Below, piece after piece: positions 49,495 to 61,820 of a stretch of DNA of 64,000 nt. The notes under the pieces are model-generated. The model was not told where the DNA came from. It made no database searches and was given only the letters and a program-made list of their open reading frames with translations. This DNA comes from Scyliorhinus canicula (lineage: Eukaryota). Every line of letters starts with the position of its first letter. Within the stretch, counting starts at the first letter, position 1. Made by a program: the position numbers and the translations under genes. The DNA is taken from contig NC_052155.1 of assembly GCF_902713615.1 (NCBI RefSeq), positions 161,113,828 to 161,177,827 on the forward strand. The letters are read 5' to 3'.

Positions 49495-49932
49495 ACCTGA
49501 AACTTCAGAGAGTTGTGAACACCACCCAGTCCATCACACAAACCCGCCTCCCATCCATTGACTCTATCTACACCTCCCGCTGCCTTGGGAAAGTGGGCAG
49601 CATAATCAAAGAAGAGGGTTACTCACTCTTCCAACTTCTTGTATCGGGCAGGAGATGCAAAAGTCTGAGAACACGCACCAACAAACTCAAAAACAGCTTC
49701 TTCCCTGCTGTTGCCAGACTCCTAAACGACCCTCTAATGGACTAACCTGATTAATACTACACTCCTGTATGCTCCACCCGATGCCGGTGTCTAAATATTT
49801 ACATTTTGTACCTTGTATTGCCCTATTATGTATTTTCTTTTCATGTACTAAATGATTTTTTGAGGTGCACACAGAAAAATACTTTTCACTGTACATCAGT
49901 ACACGTGACAATAAACAAATCCAAATCCAAAA
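49495..49932 (+). mobile_element. Rex1/Babar-like LINE 3' end
   Basis: LQRVVNT.QSIT...LPSIDSIY.SRCL.K..SII and SGRR..SLRTRT..LKNSFFP; CAAATC repeat tail. Confidence 0.7.
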
Positions 49933-50653
49933 TGTTACAAGTGGTGAGTGGAAGGAACCTCCGTTGTAGAAATGAATCAAGTTAACAGGAACAAGTGAGA
50001 TAAAGAATCACAATCGCCTGAACTTTGCTTATGGCTTCGCCTCAATGATCAGAACAGAATTTTGTTGAATTCTCTCCCTGAGTTGGCCTTAATATTATTT
50101 TATTTTCCTGTTCTATATTTTCCGTCAGGAGATTCTGTTACCATGTGATGCAGCGGGGAGGGGTGAGCAGATAGGATAAAGGTTACGCCATATCAGAACA
50201 ATTCCCCCTTGACGGGTCAGTCCTATCCTTTTTGCATTCTCCTTATACCCTGTGCTAAAGTTTTGTTTGTTGATTTACTCCAGAGAATTGTACAGAATTG
50301 TAAGCCACTAGGAGAAAGTGAAGTCTTTGAAAATGCATACATGAATGGTAATTAAATACAAGTCTATGATGGAGTTGACATTGAATCAGTCAAAGCACAG
50401 ATTTCTTTTAACCGCTGGCCAGTTTAAACCGAAGTGCTACAGGTAAGAGAGTACTCACTTTTTTTACACAAGGTGATACCAGGTGCACTGGCCTAATTTT
50501 AATCTAAGGTATTTCAGGAGATGGAACCATTTCAATTTTTACTGCAGACAAAGTGCACATTCAATTTAAATGGAGGGAATATCCATGGACAGTACTTTTC
50601 ACTCTGAAGAGTCTCTGTATTGGTCAGTTGACACTCTTGATCTGAGACACGAG

Positions 50654-51494
50654 GGGCGGGATTCTTCGCTGGCTGACCCCAACATCGGGAAACGCAATTG
50701 TGCAGAAAATAGGTTCCAACACCAAAATCGTGGCGGCCGCCGATATTATGCCAAATCGCAATTCTCCATCACCTCGACAGCGGCGTCAATGCGGTCTGGA
50801 ATGCACGTACAGTAAACACCCTTAGCATATCATTAGCGGCCTGACCCGATATTGTCCGGGGGCTTCTCGATTCTCTGCCTCCAATGGGCCGGGTTCTCGA
50901 CGGCGCGGTTCACTTGTGCTTTTAAAAATCATGAAAGAGGCGCTGTGACTGATGAGGGAGAGATAGGGGAAAAGTCCAACATCACCATAGTTTGGTGACA
51001 GTTATGCCGCTAGCCGGGGGGGCTTCTGCCAGGGATGAGGTGGAAGGACACAACACTATTGCCATGGCCGGAAAGGTGGCCATGCAGCTGCATACACCAC
51101 TGACAGCCCACTGTGAACTTAGGCCACGGGTCGTATAGGTGCCCCCCCCCCCCCCCCCCCCCCCCAGGGCGCCCCCCTAGGCACCTTCTAGTCCCAGTGA
51201 CCCATCAGCGGGATGGGCGCACTCCAGCGCAATCAGTGCCATCTTGTTAGCTGGGATGAATGTGTGTGGGGATTGTAATGTGTATATGTGGCTGGAGCTT
51301 GTCAGCCTCCCGAGTGTCAATCATGGACCTGGCGAATCCTGCACCGTTTTTCATTGGAATTGTTTGTGTTCCACTTGGCGCCAGTGCTCATCCCTTTATA
51401 GTCGCTGAATCGGTCAAGGTTCGGCGCCAGTTGTGAAAGTCCACAAATCCTCCCTGGTGTCAACACTTAGTCTCAGGAACAGAGAATCCAGCCC
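50654..51494. mobile_element. Harbinger-like MITE
   Basis: TIRs GGGCGGGATTCT / AGAATCCAGCCC; GAG/AAG flanks. Confidence 0.72.
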
Positions 51495-52024
51495 AAGGTT
51501 CTATGTCAAATTAAGATGAGCGTTGCATCGAATGAAGTTTCTTGAGGGCATGTGGGGCCTGATGTCTTCTGTGCAGTGTTGATGTGTAAGTTCAGCCAGA
51601 AAGACATTTTGTCACAGTAGGATAAACAATCCCCCCTCACCTCGGAATTAGTTAACAGGGAAGTTATCATCACAAACATGCTGTGATATGCCAGCATTTC
51701 TTTTATTCATTAATGGGATGTGGGCATCGCTAGCTGGGCCAGCATTTGCTGCCCATCCAATTGTCCTTGGAAGTGAATGGCCTGCTCGGCCATTTCAGAG
51801 GGCATTTAAGAATCAATCATATCTGGTCTGGAGTCGGCCAAACCAGGTAAGGATGGTAGATTTCCTTCCCTAAAGGACGTTAGTGAGCCAGATGGGTTTT
51901 TACGACAATGGTTTCATGGCCATTTGAGTTGTAATTCCAGATTTCTATTGAATTTAGATCTGCCATGGTGGGACATGAACCCAAATAACCGGAACATTAT
52001 CCTGCATCTATGGATTACTATAAT

Positions 52025-52850
52025 AAAAGCAAATTATTGCAGATGCTGGAATCTGAAACAGAAACAGAAAATGCTGGAAAATCTCAGCAGGTCTGGCAGC
52101 ATCTGTGGAGAGAGAAAATTGAGTTAATATTTTGAGACCGTTGTCGTGTTAGGTACACTGGTATAACACTGGCTGCAACTGGATGCAGCTTAGATCAAAA
52201 TGATACTCCAGAATTTGATGTTAGTTCAATCAGGTTTATTGATCTAATAGCACAGTTCTCTGAGTTTGACTCTCTGCTAACTTAAGTGTGGTTACTCTGT
52301 CTGACTGAACCAGATTAGCTCTTAGCCACGTTGTGGAGGTGTGAGATTGTAACAACACCCTTGACTGACTCTCTAGATGTTCATCAGTGGAAAGAGGCAG
52401 AGTATAAGTGCTTTGTGTCTTTTATAGTAAGATCCCACCCCTGAGTGTCCTGCCTGCTTAATGGTCATGTCCTATTCTCTATGTCCATTAGCTGCTTGTC
52501 TGTGCCTGCCTGTGTATCATTATGTGTGTGTGTCTGCATATCATGACAACCGTGTCACTCTTCCTCAGAGTTAAATGAATGAAATGAAATGAAAGGTAGA
52601 AATGTAGGGATTATATACTTTGTAAGAGGTAGTGGAGCAGATGGGGCAGAGTAAAAGTCAAGAGATTGGCGGGAGCTAGGACAGATGGCAACAAAGATGT
52701 GTAGGTCACAAGGCAGAGGAAACATTAATGGCAAGAGAAGGTGCTGGTAGTTGCATAAAGGTAAGATATCAGAATGTGTTAATGGGAGCATAATCTCTGA
52801 ATTACTAGTCCAGTGACAAGATGACTGTCTGACCCCTCTCTCCACAGATG
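52025..52850. mobile_element. Penelope-like repeat remnant interrupted by a solo LTR
   Basis: TGCAGATGCTGGAATCTGAAACAGAAACAGAAAATGCTGGAAAATCTCAGCAGGTCTGGCAGCATCTGTGGAGAGAG; sequence continues after the LTR. Confidence 0.55.
52142..52548 (-). mobile_element. Solo LTR (407 bp)
   Basis: TGTCGTG...CATGACA inverted termini; 5-bp TSD ACCGT (52137-52141, 52549-52553); TATAAAAG and AATAAA on the minus strand. Confidence 0.85.
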
Positions 52851-53164
52851 ACCTCAATGAGAAAATTTAAAAAACAATAGTGGGTGGGGGAGGGTGCCGG
52901 TAGGAGGAAATAAATGAAATGCTTCTCTGATACTTTAGCACCGTGGCAACACTTCTAGGCTACAGTTTTCCCTTTGATTTTTTTTAAAAAACCATTTGCA
53001 ATTAGACTAATTTCTGCCTTCATTTTGATTTAATTTTAGGATATTTCTATTGTTCATCCCCACAGCTGCTGGCATTTTCTAACCCAATTGGTCATTATTT
53101 ATCATGCCTACACAGTGAGTTCTTGCAGTCTATTTGACTGGAGGACTGTCCTTACCTACCCTCC

Positions 53165-53780
53165 ACGCAGGTTGAGGGGTAACCTGATAGAGGTTCACAA
53201 AATTATGGATGGCATGGACAGAGTGTAGAGTCAGATGCTTTATCCCGGGGTGGATATGTCAATTATTAGGGGACATTTATTTAAGGTGCAAGGGGCAAAG
53301 TTTAGAAACGTGCGAGGCAGGTTTTTTTTACACTGAGGGTGGCGATTGCCTGGAACACGCTGCCAGGGAGGTGGTGGAAGCAGGTACGATTGTAGCGTTT
53401 ATGAAGCATTTTGACGAATACATGAGTAGGCTGAGACTAGAGGGGACGGCACAGTGGCGCCGTGGTTACCACGGCGCTGAGGACCTGGGTTCGATCCCAA
53501 CCATGAGTCACTGTCTCTATGGAGCTCACACATTCTCCCCGTGTCTGCATGGGTCTCACGCTCACAATCTAAAGATGTGCAGGGTAGGTGGATTGGCTAT
53601 GCTAAATTGTCCCTTAATTGGAAAAAAAAATAATTGGGTACTTTAAACTTTAAAAAAAAGGATGGGAATAGAGGGAAACTGATTCCGGAAGTGCAGGAAG
53701 TATTAGTTTAGACAGCCATCATGATCGGTGCAGTCTTGTAGGGCTGAAGGGTCTGTTCCTGCGCTGTACTGTTCCTTATT
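53165..53780 (+). mobile_element. CR1 3' fragment with an inserted SINE (~53442-53655)
   Basis: RLRG.LIEV.KI remnant; CR1 tail GGGCTGAAGGGTCTGTTCCTGCGCTGTACTGTTC. Confidence 0.65.
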
Positions 53781-53924
53781 CTTTCAGACATGCATACACC
53801 AGTAGTGACTGTAGGGTAGGATTCAGGAGCTGTCTGACCCTTCCCATGCCAAAGGCCTTGTAAAATTCAACTGCTTCCCAGAAATACTTAATTTTCGGAG
53901 CTCCACACAAGGTGTTGTCAAGAA

Positions 53925-54925
53925 AGTTTCTTTTAATATGTATTTTTATTAGAGTTTTCCATTGTTACAACAATATAACAATTTAGGCAGCACGGTAGCA
54001 TGGTGGTTAGCATAAATGCTTCACAGCTCCAGGGTCCCAGGTTCGATTCCCGGCTGGGTCACTGTCTGTGCGGAGTCTGCACGTCCTCCCCGTGTGTGCG
54101 TGGGTTTCCTCCGGGTGCTCCGGTTTCCTCCCACAGTCCAAAGATGTGCGGGTTAGGTGGATTGGCCATGCTAAATTGCCCGTAGTGTCCTAAAAAGTAA
54201 GGTTGGGGGGGGAGGGGGGTTGTTGGGTTACGGGTATAGGGTGGATACGTGGGTTTGAGTAGGGTGATCATGGCTCTGCACAACATTGAGGGCCGAAGGG
54301 CCTGTTCTGTGCTGTACTGTTCTATGTTCTATAACACCCCCTCAAAACAGATACAGTAGCATGATCAATGTCAGGAGGAAACCAACACAATTGGTTCAGT
54401 AAACGGTGCTTCCACATATACAAAAAGTAGGGAGGACAAGGAATAGAATGGGGGGGGAAAGAATAAAGCCATGAAAACCTGGCAAAGTGGTGCACACCCT
54501 TGCGACTAGTCTGTTAGAGGGAGAACCACATAACCTACAGGAAACCTTGTAAGAGTAAGTCAGACGCTACAGAGCCTGAGCAATTGAGGTAGGGGGCCTA
54601 TAGTTTTTGGGATGCATCCAATTTGGATCGGAGTATACAGGTTAGAAATTCCGTTGGGATGCAATCCATAATAAATTCATGCCAATTCTGAACAGAAGGA
54701 GGCTTATCGCTAATCCAAGAACAAAGGATATTCTTCCGTGCTGCAAATGTTTGGATATTGTACAGCCTTTTCTCATTGACATCAATTATCTTTTTGTCTG
54801 GGAGCCCCAGAACCAAGAACAAAGGATCAAATGCTAAGGCCGTATCAAATATCTTCTCAAGCCCTTTAGGTATGCCAAGCCAGTCGGATTTAGTTTCAAT
54901 ACGGGACCAGATACAATGTGCATAG
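53925..54925 (-). mobile_element. L1-clade LINE 3' fragment, with a SINE inserted at 53986-54332
   Basis: ORF 54598-55059 includes HCIWS....W......LEKIF...L.FDP..LVLG...AARKNIL..W....PP, typical of the L1 ORF2 C-terminus. Confidence 0.7.
53986..54332 (+). mobile_element. Young full-length tRNA-derived SINE
   Basis: Near-identical to 15622-15953. Confidence 0.85.
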
Positions 54926-54929
54926 TGCT

Positions 54930-55999
54930 CTGACACCCTGGGTGAGTGTGAGGTCAATTCCAGCCCCAAATGGAGTCCCAACACAAGTGAATTAACCAAT
55001 AATTTGGATAAAGTTTCTGAGATCTTTGGGCCTTGACTGTTCCAATGAGTTACAGGCACCAGATTTGTATGTGAAACACATCAACTGTTTACTTATAACA
55101 AAATTAGAGATATGACATGCAATAATTATAATGGATTATCGGCCAACACACACAAGAGGGAGGGGGAGGGGTAAAAGTAAGAGGATTAATATGAAATGGA
55201 ATCGTGTCCTTGCTTCATATGTTGAAGTTGTTGCAGCAGCAGGCTGTCCTGCCAGGGTATAGAGTGATTGAAACCACTGGTAGGATCACTAATGAGGATC
55301 CTCTGGCAGTAGGAGTCAGTCAGACCTCCCAGCTATAGGATTCCTTCACAGTCTCTGGCCTGTTTAATTCTCATTAATTTCCAACTCCACCAGAATGGCT
55401 TTTCGAAGACAAGAACAATGTTCCCCACACGCGATGTTAAAAGGGTTTTTCAACAACTGATCCTGCTTTCAGCTGGTGGCTTGTCTGGATTTCTTAAGAT
55501 TTTAGTTGTCGCCCCTTAAAACACAGTTGTAAGCCTGGGGTTTTACTCTTACCTGGTTTCCAGACTCACTAGAATGTCCTCCAGCTTTACTGAGGAGAAA
55601 ACAGAGTCTCCAATCGGGTGTTTGAGAGAGTTCACCTTTTCAGGGAGAGAGAGAGACTCAAAAGAGCCTCCTTCTGCTCTGAATTCAAAAACTAAAACTT
55701 GAAACACAGTCTCACAGAGGAAGGATCAATCCAGCAAAAAAACTGACCCCTCGGCACGATCCATTGATAAGGCCTGGCTTTCTGAAACAGTCTTTAGCCG
55801 ATAGCCAAGTCCATCAAGATGTATCAGCACTGATGCCAGACCAAGCACCAAATCCTGGAGTGTCTTTTTTTAATTAACGCTGAAGTCCATCTTAAAGGTA
55901 CAGGCAACTTTCTGTCCATGTACAAAAAGTTAAATAGCAGAACAGAAATTAAAAGGATAAAATGAGGGACAGGCGGGGATTGACAGGAGGATCCTTACA
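54930..55999. mobile_element. Probable solo LTR (~1.07 kb; left end not resolved)
   Basis: Non-coding block ending in CCTTACA with LTR-like composition; no TSD confirmed. Confidence 0.35.
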
Positions 56000-56304
56000 A
56001 CACACATTCCAACAGCAACACTACTCATGTTCATCATGATCAGAGCAAAGGAGACCATAAAACATAAACCTCTATTATAAGCAAGGTTGATTCTTCACGC
56101 AGGGATATTCTTCACACAGCCCTTGTGTCATACAACCAGCACAACATTAAAGACAGATGGAAGTCCCTGCCATTCTTAAGGTTAATAACTCACTGTAGTG
56201 CTAAATCATCCCTGTCAGAATGAAAAATACCAACACAGAATCAGGAAGGGATTATAATGACGAGGAATAAGGTCCAGATTATACAGTGAACTGCAGAATG
56301 TTAA

Positions 56305-57900
56305 ACCATAAGACATAGGAGCAGAATTAGACCATTGAGTCTGCTCCACCATTCAATCATGGCTGATATTTCCTCATCCCCATTCTCCTGCCTTCTCCCC
56401 ATAAGCCATGATCCCCTTATTGATCAAGAACCTAACTCCCATCAGGGTCTTTTTACCTTTGCGATTCCTCAACTCTACCCACATAGATTCTATGCCTTCT
56501 GGTCATATATCAATCCTTGCTGTTGATTTAACTTAATTCCTTACTAACAATGCAACCCTGCCCCCTTTGCCCATCTGCCTGTCCTTTCAATAGGACACAT
56601 ATCCTTGGATATTTAGATCCCAGCCCTGATCCCCTTGCAGCCACGTCTCTGTGATGCCCACAGCATTGTACCGGCCAATTTCAATGTGCGCAACAAGCTC
56701 ATTTACCTTGTTCTCTATACTGTGCGCATTTAGCTGCAACACACTCAATCATGCATTGGCCACCTCCCTTTTCACACTTGTCTCAGTCACTGTACCCTCT
56801 TACACTTTCCCCCTTACTGCTTTTTATTTCTGGCCCCGTCTTACCTCCCTCCGACTTCCCACATTGGATCCCATCCCCCGCCACATTAGCTTAAACCCTC
56901 CCCAAAAGTTCTAGCATGCATTCATCCTATCTATCCTGACATTCCTACTCTGACTAGCTTGTGGCATTGGTAGCAATCCTGAGATTACTACCTTTGAGGT
57001 CCTACCTTTTAGTTTAACTCCTAACTCCCTGAATTCAGCTTGTAGGACTGCGTCCCATTTTTTACCTATATCGTTGGTGGCTATGTGCACCATGACAGGT
57101 GGCTGTTCACCACCGCCCCCCCCCCCCCCCCCCCCGCAGCCGCTCAGAGACATCCTTGACTCTTGCACGAGGGAGGCAAGATACCATCCTGGAGTCTCGA
57201 TTGCGTCCGCAGAACTGCCTGTCTATTCCCCTTACAATTGAGTCCCCTATCATTACAGCCCTGCCATTTTTCTTCCTGCCCTCCTGCGCAGCTGGGCCAG
57301 CCACGGTGCCATGAACCTGGCTGCTGCTGCCTTCCCCTGGTGAGCCATCTCCCTCAACAGTATCCAAAGTGGTATATCTGTTTTGCAGGGAGATGACCGC
57401 AGGGGACACCTGCACTACCTTCCTGCTCTTGCTCTGTCTTTGTGTCATCCATTTTCTATCTCCTTCAGTAACTTTCACCTGCGGTGTAACAACTCGCTAA
57501 ACGTGCTATCCACGACGTCCTCAGCAACGCGGATGCTCCAAAGTGAGTCCATCCGCAGCTCCAGAGCCGTCAAGCGGTCTAACAGGAACTGCAACTGGAC
57601 ACACTTCTTGTACATGAAGGAGCCAGGGACAGTGGACGTGTCCCTGAGCTCTCGCATCGCATACGAGGAGCATGACACAGGTCTGGGATCTCCTGCCATG
57701 TCTTAAACCTTAGGTTAACTTATACAACTACAATTCCAAAAAACAAAGAAAAAAAAATATATACAAATGAAAAGAAAAACTACTTACCAGGAAATAAAAG
57801 CACCTCCTCCCCACCCAGCTTCGAATTCCCACCTAGCTTCAAATTCCCAAACTCACTCTTCGCTGTGTCTCACTCTGGCTGTGTCTTCTCTGGCTCACTG
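56305..57900 (-). mobile_element. CR1 element with 5' UTR, ORF1 (zinc finger/leucine zipper + SGNH esterase), start of the endonuclease and a 3' end; RT absent
   Basis: ORFs 57475-57699 (V.C..[C].M...C..L..L..R...LE), 57107-57478 (VMIGDSIVRG) and 56911-57168 (VHIATNDI, VVISGLLP); CR1 3' tail at ~56305-56430. Confidence 0.85.
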
Positions 57901-57904
57901 AGAA

Positions 57905-58850
57905 AACTCACTGGGAGTGAGTTAAAGTTGCTCTTTTTAAATTGGCCTGTTAATCCAAATTATTGACTTTCATGGAGTTCACAAAAGCTAAGGTTTTAGG
58001 CAAATTCTCGAATGTCTTGTCTAATGTCACCTAATGTAGCAGGAAACAGTAGGGCACTTACACTCCAGTGGTCTTCAGGCAGCAGCCAACTTCATCAAAT
58101 CCATTCCGTCTAACTGCCTCCTATACTCCTTGGCGATCCTTGAAGTTATGAAAACGGATAATTACCAGCTAGGGTCGTTGGTTGTCCCTAGGCCTCAGAG
58201 ATAAAGTTATGACATGCCCTTTCTACTTCAATGTTCCCACATTTGGTTTCTAAATTAAGAAGGCAGGGTAGCCAGCTCTCACAGAATTGAATTGTGATCT
58301 TACCCTCAGCTCCTTCAGGCAAACCAACAATCCAGACATTATTTTCCTGCCTCGGTTTTTCAGGTAGTTAGCTCATTCTGACATACCACTCAACTGCTTT
58401 TCCAAGGATTGTCAGCGAGCCTCTTTCAAGGAAGTTGCATTTTCGACAGTACTAATTCTCTCCTCCCCTTTGCCAAGACTTTTACCAGTATTCCATATTT
58501 CTATAGTAGGAACACTGGGATTTTGTGCTAACGGACTTCATGTCAATGACGTTAATAATATTAACAATCATCAGCTGTGCTTCCTTTGATTGTATCGGAT
58601 GGAGGGCCTGTTCCCTCACTGAGGGGTCATGTTGAGGATTCGGTTCCTCCCCAGTCACTCCTTTTTTGTTGACAATTTTCTTAATATTTCTTGCCATTTT
58701 GTCACCAACAATATTCCAGGGACTTAATATGGAGTTCTCACTCCTGGATTAGTTAAACACAAGCTGTGTGAGCGTGATAAATGAAAGGATTCTTGGCTGA
58801 GTAGCTCCAGGATTCACGGAAACACAGCTATTCCTGGCCTTGAAATCACG
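57905..58850 (-). mobile_element. Degenerate L1 ORF1 / 5' region
   Basis: Minus-strand remnants L.NR.R.NN..IVGLPEGAEG, IEVERA and RP..VIIRFHNFKDRQ. Confidence 0.7.
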
Positions 58851-59550
58851 TAACCTCCTCCCCCCCCCCCCCCCCCCAAGAAAGCATTCTAACTGTTTCA
58901 ACTCCGTCCCAAAACATACTTTCAATTACAGTTGAGGGCCTGGACACAGGGGGAAGTTTTCTTCTCTTCTTTAAACAGTGCAAAGGAGTCTTTAATGTTT
59001 ATTTGAAATGGGAAAAAGGACTTTGGTCTCATCTGAGGTACTTCATGGCTGGCAATGCAGAAGTCTCTCTTTATGCACTGGAATATACCAGCCTAAACTA
59101 TGTGTTCAACATCTGGAGTGGGGCTTCAAATTTCAATTCTCACTGAGGTGAGAGTGCTGGCCTCTTCAGAACTCAATGACGCCTGGAGAGTGGATAGTCA
59201 TTCCTCAGTAGAGTAAATCATCGACTTTATCAAATCGAACAAACATTCAAGTTGTTGATCCCTGATATATAAAGACTAGATTGCACTGAACTGTCTCAAA
59301 AGGACGTGATCCTAACTGGTATTCAGTCCTCGAAAAAGGCGATTCTATTGGATCGGAGTCTGCTGTCTTAAAATGATTCCTGGGAAAACAGTTATTCCCT
59401 TTAAGGAACAAATGAAGAATTCTGCTGCAGCATGAATACTAGAAGATTCGATGGTTATCAGGGTTTCAAAATATTCCAGAAACTAGATACAGGTATGAAT
59501 ATAATGGAAGGATCAAAGATGGACTGGAGGGTGATAAAAACACATCTGGC

Positions 59551-59739
59551 GGGCCGGAATTCTCCGGGCGTTCGGAGTCGCTTTTCCCGTTGGCAGTGCA
59601 CCCCCGCCCACGGGGTTCCCAGCGGCATGGGCTTCAAAGGGAAAACCCATTGACAAACCGACGGAAAGAGAGAATCCCGCTGCCAGCGAACGATGCGCCA
59701 TCGAGAAACACGCGGCCTGGGGACCGGAGAATCCAGCCC
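59551..59739. mobile_element. Short Harbinger-like MITE (~190 bp)
   Basis: TIRs GGGCCGGAATTCTCCGG / CCGGAGAATCCAGCCC. Confidence 0.75.
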
Positions 59740-59911
59740 CTGGTTTTATCAGCAAAAAGATTAAATTGACACCACATGAATGGGAATGCCCAAGGTAAAA
59801 TTAATCGCGTTTTAATTGTGACTGAAAGTATCATTAGGTGCAAATCGCCCAGAATGACGAAGTAGGATTTCTGAAATGACACGTGAAGAAGGTGGAGGTA
59901 ATAATGAATAT

Positions 59912-60833
59912 TGTAGCCACCGAAGTTGGCCATTCCCTAAATACAAAATTGAGGAACGCAAAGCATACAGGTTAAAATGGACAATGTTTGCAGCACAAGC
60001 AGGCTGCACCAAGCCAATGTGTATTCTGTCTGCTAAGAGAGCAGACAGCACCTAAACGAACATCCCACATACTAATGAGGCAATCTCCGAGGCAGTTAGC
60101 ATAGTAATGGAACGATCCCAGGGACAATGGACACAAATGGGGAAGTAACTGCAACATTGTATAGGATACCAGACACCCCGGCACCAGCGGGGTCCGAAAA
60201 CAAAGCACCTGAAAGCCCACCCAGTAGCCAAGGAACAGCCTCAGTATTGGGGGGATTCAAACATATCGATTGGGAAGGGACCCAATCGATTCCGAGCAGG
60301 TAAAAGGGTCCGCTCAAAGGGGCGCGGATCCCTGGGACCTATAAAAGACTGGTCCCACACTTAGTTCGTTCTCCTTGACCAGCCCTCCTCTCTGGACCAG
60401 CATTTCGACCAGCTTTGCCAAGAAAACCTTGAACGAGAGAGAGGAGAGGTTTGGGACAGCAGCAAGTAAGTCTCACAACGATCGCTACCAGAGATAAACA
60501 CTCCTGACCCCTTTTACCTGTACCACCCTGAAGTCTGCAGACCAGAGCAGAGCAAGAGGCCTTGTTCCCTGATCCGGCAGTTCCTTCGAGATAAGTATTT
60601 GTTTATATAGCGGTAGGAATAGTTTAATCCTCTTAGCGTGTGCATGGGTAGGATTATAATTGTATTATAATAAACTCAGTTGTTTGAACTTAGTAATTGA
60701 TGTATGGTTTTATTGCTTTGAACTTCACCTTGAAACTTGTGGCGGTATCTTAACGATACCTAGCGACTCTAGAGCTAAGTAACGAAACAGAGCCAAATTG
60801 AGTGTTAAGCACACTCACCCAGAATGAGCAACA
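59912..60833 (+). mobile_element. Solo LTR (922 bp)
   Basis: TGTAGCCACC...GCAACA; 4-bp TSD ATAT; TATAAAA at 60340-60346; AATAAA at 60669-60674. Confidence 0.88.
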
Positions 60834-60871
60834 ATATGAGCAGGTGACACTGGTCATAAGGAGTTAACCTT

Positions 60872-61820
60872 TGTTGCGCGTTTTACTGGAGTGTATTAAC
60901 ACGCCTCCGTTTAAAGGCCGTGTGCTTAACACTGCTATGGCTCTTTGTATGTAATTATGCTCAGGAGTCGCCAGGTGCCGTATTTAGACACCTCACAAGT
61001 ATATCAAGGTCAGGTTCAAAGTAATAAATCTGTACACCGATTAGTAAGTCCAAACGATTGATATTTATTATGACAAATATAATAAATACACATGCATACG
61101 CTAAAGAGACTAACTTACTTCTAATACTAAACAACTAAAATACTTATCTAGACAGGAACAGGCAAGGTCAGGGAGCAAGGCCTTCGTCCCGTTCTTGGTC
61201 TGCAACTCTCAGGTACTTAAAGTCGTCAGGGTCTAGCAAAGTCTGGATCCCGTAGCGATCGTTGTGGTGGCACTTACAGTTCGATGGCTGATACTCAACG
61301 GCCGGTGCTGAAACTGGAGTCAGGATGCGATGTAACGAGTCTGGGCCGGAGTCTGGAAGCAACAGACCGAACCATGTGCGGGGTCTACTTTTATAGGTCC
61401 CCCAAAGTCCGTGCCCCTTCGAGGCGGTCTTTTACCTGCCATGTATCGATTGGGCCTTTTCCCAATCGATATCTTCCAAACCCCCCAATCTGAGGGTCGC
61501 TTCTTGATGGGTGGGGCGGTACCTATGGTTCTTTGTGTTGGATACTATGGTGCCGTTCTGTCTGGGCGTCTACTCAAAAGTATCCATTCATACTTAAATG
61601 TTTCTATTGTGCGGGCCTGGATCTGGATCACCTTATTACTATGTAGATCTTGTTGCCATTTACACCTTTGGCTGACACTCTGCACCTGGCCACAAACTGG
61701 TTTCTGTACGTGCAGAATGCTAATTAGTCTTCTGCAAACTGCTTGTCCTTGCTAAGACTGTTTTCTCCCTGCAGCCTTAGCAGTTCTTTTGTAGCCCAGT
61801 GTCCATCTTAGGTGGCTACA
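60872..61820 (-). mobile_element. Solo LTR (949 bp), related family, opposite orientation
   Basis: On the minus strand TGTAGCCACC...GCAACA; 4-bp TSD CCTT; TATAAAA on minus at 61389-61395. Confidence 0.88.

Noticed and set aside
58482-58697. 71-aa minus-strand ORF as a host exon
   Set aside because: It sits at the start of a degenerate L1 ORF1 region
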